Positions 7,974-16,368 are shown, numbered from the stretch's first letter. The stretch: 25,591 nt of DNA from a virus (IMGVR_UViG_3300043432_000152:1-25591), one strand, 5' to 3'. Notes: generated by a model not told the origin, from the sequence alone. Program-made: numbers and translations.

Positions 7974-8381
7974 ATGGCCAACGAGCACAAGAAGTGGGTG
8001 GAGGCGCAGGGGTACCGCTTCACGGGGGAGCGCCGGCAACTGAAGGCGGGCGAGTACTACTACCGCCCACCCGACGAGACGGTGAAGGAGCCCAAGATCA
8101 TCGGCCCGGTGGGAGAGCCCAAGCAAGACGAAGCGCCGCAGATCATCGTGCGGCCGGTGGGTGAATATAGTCCCGAGGCGGAGGCCGAGCCGAAAGCGAA
8201 GCCCGCGTCGAAGCCCAAGCCGCCGGAGCCGGAGCCTGAAGCGGAAGCGCCGGTCTCGGTGAAGGCGCTGCAGGAGCAGTTGCGCCGGGCGGAGCAGGCT
8301 CAGGGGAAGACCAGCGCGGCGGCGTGGGCGCTGCGGGACGAGATCAGCCGCGCCAAGAAGGCGAAGGCGGCGGCGAAGTAG
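7974..8381 (+). CDS. Hypothetical protein (MANEHKK..., Pro/Glu/Lys-rich)
   Basis: GGAGG RBS; ATG 2 nt after the previous stop; core codon usage. Confidence 0.75.
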   Translation: MANEHKKWVEAQGYRFTGERRQLKAGEYYYRPPDETVKEPKIIGPVGEPKQDEAPQIIVRPVGEYSPEAEAEPKAKPASKPKPPEPEPEAEAPVSVKALQEQLRRAEQAQGKTSAAAWALRDEISRAKKAKAAAK

Positions 8382-8422
8382 GGCGAAGCAGGGCCAAGAG
8401 ATTCCGGCCCCTGGCCGAGGCG

Positions 8423-8514
8423 CACCGGCAACCCTCCATGGGAGGCCCCGGTGACGCAGGCGAGGCAACCCGGATGGAGCGCCAAACGAGCCCCGGCAGG
8501 TCCGGCAACCTCGC
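8423..8514 (+). promoter_or_regulatory. Structured leader upstream of the scaffold gene
   Basis: Two stem-CAAC-stem hairpins: CACCGG/CCGGTG with CCTCC/GGAGG (8423-8453), and GCGAGG/CCTCGC with CCGGA/TCCGG (8460-8514). Confidence 0.5.
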
Positions 8515-8535
8515 GCGGCAGAGAGGGCGTGCAGC

Positions 8536-9651
8536 ATGGCGGACGAAGACGTAGGCGGCGCAGGCGCAGGGGACGCCGGCAGTGCCGTGGCGGAAGCGCC
8601 GCGCACTGGGGCGGACCTGGCGCGGGCGTTCGAAGCGGCGCCGGACGGCGAACCGGAAGCGGTGGTGGACCCCACGCAAGTAGGGCGCGCGGGGCAAGCA
8701 CCGGCGGGAGTTCAGGCCGGCGCAGCCGCGGCAGGGGCGGGTGGTGTGCAGGCGGGCTGGGAGGCTCAGGCGTTGCCGCCGGGGCATCCGGGCTTGCAGG
8801 CGGGCCTAAGGACCTGGGGCGACCTCAACAAGCGCTACCAGAGTTCGAGCCACGAAGTTCGGCATTACCAGCAGCAGGTGCAGCAGCAGACGGAGCTGGT
8901 GGCGGAGTACCGGCAGTTGATCCGGGCGATGGACGCGGAGCTGAAGAAGGGCCCGGGCGCGGGCATCGGCCAGGCAGTGGGCGGGCAGGGCCGGCCGCAG
9001 CAGCCGGGCCAAGGCCAGCAGCCGATTCCGGGCTTCGATTCGCTCGAGCAGTACAGCTTTGAGATGAAGCAGAACCCCGGCGCGACGCTGCGCAAGATGA
9101 TCCAGGCGGCGGTGCGCGAGGACAAGGGGCTGGGCAAGGAAGTGCTGGACCCGCTGGTGCAGGAGCGTTTGCAGCCGCTGCAGATGGACGCGGAGCTCCG
9201 CGGGGTGCAGGCGGCGGGGGCGCAGTTCTTTGCCGAGCACCCGGAATGCCGCAGCGCGGAGCACCCGGTGGCGATCGCCATGAACCAGTTCATGCAGAGC
9301 AAGGGCTGGCTGCGGGACGATCCGCGCACGGGTGAGAAGGGGCTGGTGAAGGCGGCGCGGATGCTGCAGGCGCTGGGTGAGGACCCGTTCAGCTACGCCT
9401 TTGCGAAGGTGGCGCCGCAGTTCCAGGCGGTGCAGGCGCAGCAGGTGAAGGCGGCCGAAGCAAAGCTGGGCGAGAAGCGCGCGACCGCGGGTACGGCGAG
9501 GCCCGGCACGGCGGGCCACGGAGTGCCGGCGAAGCGCACGCCGGGGCAGGGATTTGGAGCGGTGGCGGCGGATCTGCAGGCCAATGGGGTCGAGGTGGAT
9601 CCGAAGTGGGCCAAGATGCTGGAGAGTTCGTACCAGAGCCTCGTGCGGTGA
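8536..9651 (+). CDS. Putative capsid scaffolding protein
   Basis: Between portal and MCP; acidic low-complexity N-terminus, Gln-rich coiled coil, helical C-terminus. Confidence 0.7.
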   Translation: MADEDVGGAGAGDAGSAVAEAPRTGADLARAFEAAPDGEPEAVVDPTQVGRAGQAPAGVQAGAAAAGAGGVQAGWEAQALPPGHPGLQAGLRTWGDLNKRYQSSSHEVRHYQQQVQQQTELVAEYRQLIRAMDAELKKGPGAGIGQAVGGQGRPQQPGQGQQPIPGFDSLEQYSFEMKQNPGATLRKMIQAAVREDKGLGKEVLDPLVQERLQPLQMDAELRGVQAAGAQFFAEHPECRSAEHPVAIAMNQFMQSKGWLRDDPRTGEKGLVKAARMLQALGEDPFSYAFAKVAPQFQAVQAQQVKAAEAKLGEKRATAGTARPGTAGHGVPAKRTPGQGFGAVAADLQANGVEVDPKWAKMLESSYQSLVR

Positions 9652-9654
9652 CGG

Positions 9655-9694
9655 CCGGTTGACTGGTTGGCTGGTTAACTCGTTGGCTGGTCTC
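9655..9694 (+). repeat. Degenerate 8-mer tandem array (CTGGTTGG)
   Basis: CCGGTTGA CTGGTTGG CTGGTTAA CTCGTTGG CTGGTCTC, intergenic. Confidence 0.8.
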
Positions 9695-9706
9695 CGTGCG
9701 TGGGGT

Positions 9707-9731
9707 GTGCGGGCAAGGGTGCCCGCACCAC
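9707..9731 (-). repeat. REP-like hairpin, divergent copy
   Basis: GTGCGGGC-AAGGGT-GCCCGCAC-CAC: 8-bp stem, 6-nt loop, CCAC tail. Confidence 0.65.
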
Positions 9732-9750
9732 AAACAAGGAGACCGGAACC

Positions 9751-10818
9751 ATGCCTGACATTGGAGCTTTTTTCACCGCGACGCTGAAGCGGCAGATCGT
9801 GCCGGACATCAGCGACACGATCCTGAAGGAAAACTGCTGGCTGCGCTTTTTGAACGAGAAGAAGGCGCTGCACTTCGGCAAGGGCGGCGACGGCGGGCAG
9901 TTCCGCGTGCGCAAGACCGCCAGCGCGATCGGCGGCGCCAGCAGCGACTGGGGCACGCAGAACCTGCAGACCACGCAGCCCTTCGACACGGCGACGTTCG
10001 CCTATAAGCAGTACCGCTGGCCGTTGGTGGTGTCGGGCTTCCAGAAGCGCCGCAACGAGAACGCGGGGCCGGAAGCGAAGATGTTCGACATGTGGATGGA
10101 GCAGGTGGCGGAAGTGCGCCAGGCGGCGATCGAGCGCATCGGGCGGCACATCTACACCGGTTCCGGCACCGACTACACCGGCGACCTTTCGGGCCAGCAG
10201 ATCGACGGCGCCGAGCAGATCATCGACAATGACAACACCTACCTGGGCTTCGCTCGCGCGAGCAACAGCTGGTGGCAGGCGCAGCTCCTGACCTGCGGCG
10301 ACGGCACCACCGCGGGCGGAGCCATGGCCGACCCCACGGCCGAGGGCAACACGCTCTTGCTCCAGAAGATGAACCAGATGTGGGTGACGTGCAGCCAGGG
10401 CGGCAAGCAGACCGGCAAGGGGATGATGGACAAGCTGGCGCAGCAGAAGGACGTGCCGGACTACATCATCACCACGCCGACGGGCTTTCAGTACTACCAG
10501 CGCAGCCTGCAGAGCCAGCAGCGCTACGTGGACCCCAAGGCCGACGCGGCGAAGCAGCTCGCGTATCAGGGCTACGCGCTGGAGTGGGACACGTTCGTGC
10601 CCACCGGCACCGTCCTGGGCCTGGCCGACGCCGACACGCAGGTGATGTACTTCCTGAACAGCAAGTGGATCGACTTCGACTGCGTGGGCGACAGCCTGCT
10701 CGAGGTGCTGGACGAGCAGAAGATCATCAACCCCTGGTCGTACGTGTACCTGATCGGCGGGCAGTACCAGCAGTACAGCCGCAACCCGAGCCGCTTGGGG
10801 CGGTTGCTCTTCGCTTAA
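9751..10818 (+). CDS. Major capsid protein
   Basis: AAGGAG RBS; 355 aa; PDISDTI, HIYTGSG...IDGAEQII, RASNSWWQ, PDYIITT, MYFLNSKWI and SRNPSRLG match the pattern of HK97-fold phage MCPs; follows the scaffold. Confidence 0.88.
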   Translation: MPDIGAFFTATLKRQIVPDISDTILKENCWLRFLNEKKALHFGKGGDGGQFRVRKTASAIGGASSDWGTQNLQTTQPFDTATFAYKQYRWPLVVSGFQKRRNENAGPEAKMFDMWMEQVAEVRQAAIERIGRHIYTGSGTDYTGDLSGQQIDGAEQIIDNDNTYLGFARASNSWWQAQLLTCGDGTTAGGAMADPTAEGNTLLLQKMNQMWVTCSQGGKQTGKGMMDKLAQQKDVPDYIITTPTGFQYYQRSLQSQQRYVDPKADAAKQLAYQGYALEWDTFVPTGTVLGLADADTQVMYFLNSKWIDFDCVGDSLLEVLDEQKIINPWSYVYLIGGQYQQYSRNPSRLGRLLFA

Positions 10819-10823
10819 CGGCA

Positions 10824-10851
10824 AGGGACGAGTGACGCGGGGCGCGGGACG
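10824..10851 (+). repeat. Degenerate 7-mer tandem array
   Basis: AGGGACG AGTGACG CGGGGCG CGGGACG right after the MCP stop. Confidence 0.6.
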
Positions 10852-10898
10852 GGGAACTGAACCGCATAAAAAGGAAACCAAGGAAAAGGGACACGAAC

Positions 10899-11402
10899 AT
10901 GCAGATCGAAATGCTTTTGGGCACGCTGACGGACGTGTACACCGCGGCTCAGGCGAACAGCCTGGGGGTGGTGGTGGGCACGCGCTACTACGACTTCGCG
11001 CGCAAGGGGTGGTTCATCTTTCTGATGAACAACGCGGCGACGGCGATCACGGAGAAGCTGGTGGCGGTGGCGCTGGGCACGGACAAGTCCAGCTACTACT
11101 GCGCGCTGGCCGCGGCCACGGCGAGCGTGATGGGCTTTGCCGGGGTGCGCGTGAGCGGGGCGGATTCGCTGGCGCAGAACTACTACGGCTGGTTCCAGTG
11201 CACGGGCAAGGCCACGCTGGTGGCGGGCAGCGACACCACCACGGCGGACGAGCGCGTGACCACGAGCAACCAGGCCGCGGGCAAGGTGGAAGCCTGCGCG
11301 GACACCGTGGCGGCGCACAAGGCCAGCTTCGGCGAGGCCGTGACGACCACCGCGAGCGGCGACGTGGTGGTGATGCTGGACCGGAACGTGTGGGGCATCT
11401 AA
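10899..11402 (+). CDS. Putative capsid cement/decoration protein
   Basis: Immediately after the MCP; YYGWFQCTGKA and an Ala/Thr-rich beta composition as in post-MCP minor head proteins. Confidence 0.6.
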   Translation: MQIEMLLGTLTDVYTAAQANSLGVVVGTRYYDFARKGWFIFLMNNAATAITEKLVAVALGTDKSSYYCALAAATASVMGFAGVRVSGADSLAQNYYGWFQCTGKATLVAGSDTTTADERVTTSNQAAGKVEACADTVAAHKASFGEAVTTTASGDVVVMLDRNVWGI

Positions 11403-11417
11403 GCGGCTTTGTGGAGA

Positions 11418-11440
11418 GCGGGCAGAGACGCCCGCCCCAC
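11418..11440 (-). repeat. REP-like hairpin, intergenic copy
   Basis: GCGGGCAGAGACGCCCGCCCCAC, one mismatch to 681-703. Confidence 0.8.
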
Positions 11441-11458
11441 TAAACCAAGAACCCAACC

Positions 11459-11486
11459 GCCGCTGGGTGAACCTTCGCCCAGCGGC
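11459..11486. other. 12-bp GC-rich stem-loop
   Basis: GCCGCTGGGTGA-ACCT-TCGCCCAGCGGC; no U-tract, so not called a terminator. Confidence 0.6.
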
Positions 11487-11514
11487 ACATCAACCTTCAA
11501 AGGGGAGTAAAGCC

Positions 11515-12624
11515 ATGAAGAGCCTTTTCAAATGCTTTGCGATGCTGGCGCTGACGTGCGCGCTGGCGGGATCGCTTTGGGCCGCGGATAAGCCGGGGTC
11601 GAGCCAGCGCTTTCCGTTCAGCGGGGTAACGTCCACCACGGCGAGCGGAAACATCACGCTGGTGTCCGGCGTGTCGGCTCCGTTCCAGGCCATCGACCCG
11701 AACGGCAGCAACCGCAACGTAACGCTGCCGAGCGAGGCGGCGAACGCGGGGTTGTACTACATCATCAGCAACGTGGGTTCGGCCAACACGCTGGTGGTGA
11801 AGGACAGCGGGGCGAGCACGATCAAGACCCTGAACCCCGGCTGCCTGGGACTGTTCGTGTGCACCGGGGCCACGTACACGGGGCAGATCATCACCAGCGA
11901 CAGCGTGAGCGCGGCGACGGTGACGACGCTCACGGCGACCACGGGCAACTTTAGAGCCAGCGGGACCGCCGGCACGGTGAACGTGTACCCGACCACGGCC
12001 AGCAAGGGCAAGATCACGATCGCGGCGGTGGACAGCGCGGCGGACTACACCATGACGCTGAGCAACGCGTCGCTGGGGCAGTCGAGCGTGATCACGATTC
12101 CCGACCCCGGCGCGGCCACGGATACCTTTATGACGCTGGCGCCGGCTCAGACGGTGACCGGCTGGAAGGTGTTCAGCGCGGGGATCAAGAAGCGCGCGGC
12201 CACGCAGACGGTGACCGACAGCACCACCTTTGCGGCGGACGACACGCTGAGCGTCTCGGTGGTGAGCGCGCATAAGTACGCGTTCCGCATCGTCTACTTC
12301 TTCACGACGGTGAACAGTTCGGGCGTGAAGATCGACCTGAACGGCGGCAGCGCCACGGTGTCGAGCCTGCAGGGCGCGGTGCTGATGTGGAACCTGACCA
12401 CGCCGGCGCTGTTGGCGACGGGCACGGCGGAACTGACGGCGCTGAACACGGCGGTGGGCATCACGACCAGCGGCACGAACGACATGGTGGAGATCAACGG
12501 GACCTTCGTGGCTTCGAGCACCAACACCTTCGCGCCGCGGTTCGCTCAGAACGCCGAGACCGGCGCGGCCGAGAGCGTGGTGGCGAAGGCGGGTTCGTAC
12601 ATGGTTGTCTGGGAGACGCCCTAA
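11515..12624 (+). CDS. Thr/Ala/Ser-rich beta-strand virion-like protein with an N-terminal Sec-type signal peptide
   Basis: AGGGGAG RBS; MKSLFKCFAMLALTCALAGSLWA|AD; then DPNGSNRNVTLP...NTLVVKD, resembling phage structural modules. Confidence 0.7.
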   Translation: MKSLFKCFAMLALTCALAGSLWAADKPGSSQRFPFSGVTSTTASGNITLVSGVSAPFQAIDPNGSNRNVTLPSEAANAGLYYIISNVGSANTLVVKDSGASTIKTLNPGCLGLFVCTGATYTGQIITSDSVSAATVTTLTATTGNFRASGTAGTVNVYPTTASKGKITIAAVDSAADYTMTLSNASLGQSSVITIPDPGAATDTFMTLAPAQTVTGWKVFSAGIKKRAATQTVTDSTTFAADDTLSVSVVSAHKYAFRIVYFFTTVNSSGVKIDLNGGSATVSSLQGAVLMWNLTTPALLATGTAELTALNTAVGITTSGTNDMVEINGTFVASSTNTFAPRFAQNAETGAAESVVAKAGSYMVVWETP

Positions 12625-12633
12625 CGGCTGAAC

Positions 12634-12710
12634 TTTAGTTCGTAGTTTAGGGTTTGTGGTTCCGGGTTAACTGCAAACTACGAACTACAAACCAGGAACC
12701 CGGAACTGAG
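12634..12710. repeat. Inverted 7-mer array, (NNNNGTT)5-(AACNNNN)6
   Basis: TTTAGTT CGTAGTT TAGGGTT TGTGGTT CCGGGTT | AACTGCA AACTACG AACTACA AACCAGG AACCCGG AACTGAG. Confidence 0.9.
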
Positions 12711-12719
12711 GAGTAAGCC

Positions 12720-13448
12720 ATGGCGCGCGAGGTGTACTTTGTGCCGGGGTATGCGGATTCGATCCTGGATGAGGTGCTGGCGGTCACGGCCTACGCGCTG
12801 AGCGGGGCGCAGAACGACCTGGCGCTGATCGTGAACGCGGGCGACACGATCTTTGACCTCACGCCGGCGGCGGCGCTGAACATCACAGGCATCGTGGCTC
12901 CGGCGGCGGGCACCGAGAAGGTGATCGTGCTGCGCAACAAGGGCGCGGTGACGATCACGCTCAAGCATGCCGATGCCGGCAGCGCGGCGGCCAACCGGCT
13001 GACCTGTCCCGGCGCGGCGGACGCGTCGCTACTCCGCGGGGGCGAGGTGGCGCTGGTCTACAACGATGCCACGAACACCTGGGACGTGGGCGCGCTGGTG
13101 CCGCGCAGCGGGTTCAAGCTGGCGGTGAACAAGGCGGCCAACGCCGGCGCGATCGTGCTGCTGGACAAGCGCTGGTGGACGGTGAAGCACATGGCCTTCG
13201 AGAGCGACGGCAGCACGGCGGTGACGGATGCGCTGTACCTGGCGCACGGGCTGACGATCCCCACGGCGAGCTACGCGGCGGACACCGCGGCGAAGCGCGC
13301 GAGCAAGCAGATCGCGGCGTCGGAAGAGGCGCTGGTGCAGATCAAGCGCGGCGAGCAGGCGATCTGGTTCCTGGCGGGCTCCGGGGTGACGACCAACCTG
13401 GTGGCGAACTTCCGGCCGAACGAAGGCGGGTATGGGCTGAACCGATAA
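12720..13448 (+). CDS. Putative virion structural protein
   Basis: GAGGAG RBS; ITGIVAP...VLRNKGAVTITLKHADAGSAAANR beta module; located in the structural operon. Confidence 0.6.
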   Translation: MAREVYFVPGYADSILDEVLAVTAYALSGAQNDLALIVNAGDTIFDLTPAAALNITGIVAPAAGTEKVIVLRNKGAVTITLKHADAGSAAANRLTCPGAADASLLRGGEVALVYNDATNTWDVGALVPRSGFKLAVNKAANAGAIVLLDKRWWTVKHMAFESDGSTAVTDALYLAHGLTIPTASYAADTAAKRASKQIAASEEALVQIKRGEQAIWFLAGSGVTTNLVANFRPNEGGYGLNR

Positions 13449-13461
13449 CCCGGAGGCGGAC

Positions 13462-14187
13462 ATGCTCTTGCTGACGGGGCGGAGTCGGGCGCAGCACGGT
13501 GTGAACTACGGCACGGCGCTGGCGCTGAAGCTGGCGGCGAAAGCCTACTACAACTGCGCCGAATCAGCGGGCGCGAACTTCACCGACAGCAAGGGCGGCC
13601 TGGACCTCACGCAAAGCAATGCGCCCGGCGCATCGGGCGGATACCGGACCTTTGCCACGGCGAGCAGCCAGAAGGGCGAGCGCGCCAGCAGCGCAGCCCT
13701 ACAGGCCGCGGGAGACTTTGGGGTCTTTGGCTGGGTGAAGGTCACCAGCCACGTGGACTATGCGGGACTCGTGACAAAGTACGATGGAGGAGCCGGGCAG
13801 GCTGAATTCGGGCTCTACATTCCCACCGGGACCAATGCGATCCGCTTTGCCTTGATGACGGCTGGCGGGCTGCCCACGGATCAAATCGACAGCCTAGTGA
13901 ATGTGGAAGATGGCGCGGCGCACAGCTTCGCGGCTTGGGTGACGGGTGCCACGATGTACCTCAAGGTGGACGCCGAGGCCACGGTCAACGCGGGCTTCGC
14001 GGGCTCGACGGTGGGGCGCACGGCGCCCTTTAGGTTCGGATCGCTGGATGGCGCGGGGTTCTTCCTCGACGGCGCGCTGCGGATGATCGGGTATTTCAGC
14101 ACCGGATTCAGCGCGGCACAGATCACGTACCTGAAGAACGGCGGCAGCGGCAAGACCTGGGCGCAGATTGTGGCCGACGCGGCGTAA
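13462..14187 (+). CDS. LamG/concanavalin A-like domain protein
   Basis: GDFGVFGWVK, HSFAAW...MYLKVD and FRFGS...FLDGAL...FSAAQITYL fit the LamG pattern; GGAGG RBS. Confidence 0.75.
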   Translation: MLLLTGRSRAQHGVNYGTALALKLAAKAYYNCAESAGANFTDSKGGLDLTQSNAPGASGGYRTFATASSQKGERASSAALQAAGDFGVFGWVKVTSHVDYAGLVTKYDGGAGQAEFGLYIPTGTNAIRFALMTAGGLPTDQIDSLVNVEDGAAHSFAAWVTGATMYLKVDAEATVNAGFAGSTVGRTAPFRFGSLDGAGFFLDGALRMIGYFSTGFSAAQITYLKNGGSGKTWAQIVADAA

Positions 14188-14200
14188 GGAGGCTTGGGCT

Positions 14201-14566
14201 ATGGCGGAAGAGGACGAGAGCGGGCGGATCACGCGGCGGCACGCGGCGGTGCTCACTCATGACGACCTTTCCCGCATCGAGCGCTCCATCGACAGCCTGC
14301 GCAAGGACATCCGCACGGACTTTCAGAGCCTGCTGGAGGCGGTGAAGGAACTGAACGACCGCCACGCGGCGCTGGACGTCTGGAAGGCCACCATCGACCT
14401 GCGGCTGGCCGGAGGCGTGGAGAAGATGAACGCGCTACAGAAGCAGATAGAGGGCTGCGTCGAGAAGAAGATCGTGCTGGCGTACCTGGCGGGCTCGGCG
14501 GTGGGCGGTTCGGCCATCACGGCGCTGGTGATGAAGGCGCTGAGCGCGGGGACGGGTGGACATTGA
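14201..14566 (+). CDS. Coiled-coil protein with C-terminal transmembrane segment (holin-like candidate)
   Basis: AAGGAGG RBS; heptad-like middle; IVLAYLAGSAVGGSAITALVM hydrophobic tail. Confidence 0.55.
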   Translation: MAEEDESGRITRRHAAVLTHDDLSRIERSIDSLRKDIRTDFQSLLEAVKELNDRHAALDVWKATIDLRLAGGVEKMNALQKQIEGCVEKKIVLAYLAGSAVGGSAITALVMKALSAGTGGH

Positions 14567-15378
14567 ACCGAGGTTGGCTGGTTTTCTGGTTGGCGGGTTT
14601 GCTGGCGCTGCCGGGCTGCGTGGGGGACCACCAAGGCCGGCAGGATGTCAGCCAAGGGCAAGCACCGGCGGGCAGGGACGCCCGCCCCACCGGGCCTAAC
14701 CGGAAGCCGGTGCTGGAGGACCTGCCGGAGAGCCGGGGCGAGCTGACCGAGGCGCTGCGCAAGATCGACGCGAGCACGCAGAGCAGCAACAACGCGACGC
14801 AACAGAGCCTGAGCGGGCTGGGGTTGCAGGTGGGCAAGGTGGCGGAGCGGGTCGACGCGGCGCTGGTGAAGTTCGAAGCGGACGTGCAGGTGAGCATCCG
14901 GCAGGAAGTGGCGGCGCAGTTCGAGAGCAACATCAAGGCCAGCCTGGAAGCCAAGGCCGAGGTAGAGGCGCGGGTGCAGGCCAAGGCGTTCAGCGACTTC
15001 TGCCTGGAGCTGCGCAACGAGCTGCGCGTGCAGGCTCAGGCGCAGGCGGCGGCCGCGGCGACGGCTCAGGGGAATGCGGTGGCGGCGCTGAGGAGTGAGA
15101 TCAGCCAGAGCACGGCGACGCTGACGGCGGGGCGGGACAACATCCAGATCACGCCGGAAATGATGAAGGTGCTGCTGGCCTCGATCGGGAGCATGGAGAG
15201 CACGGCGCTGGCGGTGGTGGGGATCGTGATCGGCTGCATGAGCGCGGCCACGGGCATCGTGGCGCTGTTGAGCCGCTACCACAGCCAGGACCTGAAGGTG
15301 TTCGCGGGCGTGGCCGAAGATGCGATCGATGAGGGGCAGAGGAACAAGGAGACGAAGCGTGTACAGCCGAAGAGTTAA
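14563..15378 (+). CDS. Lipoprotein with coiled coil and C-terminal TM helix (spanin-like candidate)
   Basis: TTG start overlapping the upstream TGA; lipobox-like LPGC after a hydrophobic stretch; ALAVVGIVIGCMSAATGIVALLS near the C-terminus. Confidence 0.6.
   Translation: MNRGWLVFWLAGLLALPGCVGDHQGRQDVSQGQAPAGRDARPTGPNRKPVLEDLPESRGELTEALRKIDASTQSSNNATQQSLSGLGLQVGKVAERVDAALVKFEADVQVSIRQEVAAQFESNIKASLEAKAEVEARVQAKAFSDFCLELRNELRVQAQAQAAAAATAQGNAVAALRSEISQSTATLTAGRDNIQITPEMMKVLLASIGSMESTALAVVGIVIGCMSAATGIVALLSRYHSQDLKVFAGVAEDAIDEGQRNKETKRVQPKS
14667..14696 (-). repeat. REP-like hairpin (inside CDS)
   Basis: Identical to 680-709 and translated in the same frame (AGRDARPTGP). Confidence 0.8.
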
Positions 15379-15916
15379 ATGGTTCGCTGGTTGGCTGGTG
15401 ATCTGGTTGGCCGGTTTGCTGGTGCTGCCGGGCTGCAAGAACATCGACGCGGGGATGCTGGGGCAGATCAAGGGGTTGGCGGAGTCGAGCTTGCCGCTGG
15501 CGCAGGACTTCGCGGCGGTGCTGCCGAAGATCACGGCGAAGGACGAGCCGAACGCGGCGGCGGTGAACCGTTTTCTGGTGAGCCACCAGGCGTCGCTGGC
15601 CAAGAGCGCGCGGGCCTGGGCGAATCTCTACAAGGCCGCGCAGTCGGGCAAGCTGAGCAACGCGGCGCTGAAGGATGCGGTGGACGATGCGGAGAGTTCG
15701 GCGCTGGAGCTGCGGACGTGGAACGCCTTCGTGCCGTTCCTCAACGTGAACGCCGACTTTGCCGCGGCTCATACGCAGGCGCTGGCCGACCACGAGGCGC
15801 AGGTGCAGGCTCTGGCGGAGAAGGCGCAGGCGCTGCTGGCGAAGGCCAAGCCTGCGACGGCGCAGCCCGCGGCGGAGGTGGTTCCGGCGACGCCTCAGCA
15901 AAAGGTCGAGGAGTAG
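15359..15916 (+). CDS. Helical lipoprotein
   Basis: GTG 15359 with AGGAG 7 nt upstream; MYSRRVKWFAGWLVIWLAGLLVLPG|C. Confidence 0.7.
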   Translation: MYSRRVKWFAGWLVIWLAGLLVLPGCKNIDAGMLGQIKGLAESSLPLAQDFAAVLPKITAKDEPNAAAVNRFLVSHQASLAKSARAWANLYKAAQSGKLSNAALKDAVDDAESSALELRTWNAFVPFLNVNADFAAAHTQALADHEAQVQALAEKAQALLAKAKPATAQPAAEVVPATPQQKVEE

Positions 15917-15946
15917 TACGAGAAGAAGCCCTAGCCAGGAGAAGCC

Positions 15947-16327
15947 ATGGCGACGCAAGCGCAGTTGATCGGGAAGCAGTTGGCCGACGCGAGCACCGCG
16001 GCGGCGCTGCAGTTCATCACGGATCACGCGGCGGACGTGAAGGTGCTGGGCGAAGACAAGGTGGCGGCGTTCTTGAAGGCTGCGTTTCACGACGCGCTGC
16101 CGCTGCCGGTGCTGGCGGATAACCCCACGCCGGAGCACCTGGCCGACGTTCAGGAGGCGCTCGACGCCCGGCGCACGCAGTTCGACCTGGTGGCCGAGGC
16201 CGAGGCCACCGACGCGGAGATCGCGGCGCGGCTGAAGGCGGACGCGATCGGCGTGGCCAAGAAGCTGGCCGGCACGGCGGTGGGTCTGGCGCTGAGCGTG
16301 GGGTTCAAGGCGCTGATCGGAGCATGA
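15947..16327 (+). CDS. Hypothetical protein with hydrophobic C-terminus
   Basis: AGGAG RBS; LAGTAVGLALSVGFKALIGA tail. Confidence 0.75.
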   Translation: MATQAQLIGKQLADASTAAALQFITDHAADVKVLGEDKVAAFLKAAFHDALPLPVLADNPTPEHLADVQEALDARRTQFDLVAEAEATDAEIAARLKADAIGVAKKLAGTAVGLALSVGFKALIGA

Positions 16328-16368
16328 GATCGAGAGCTTGGGCGCGGCATTGATGGGGGGTGAAACCG

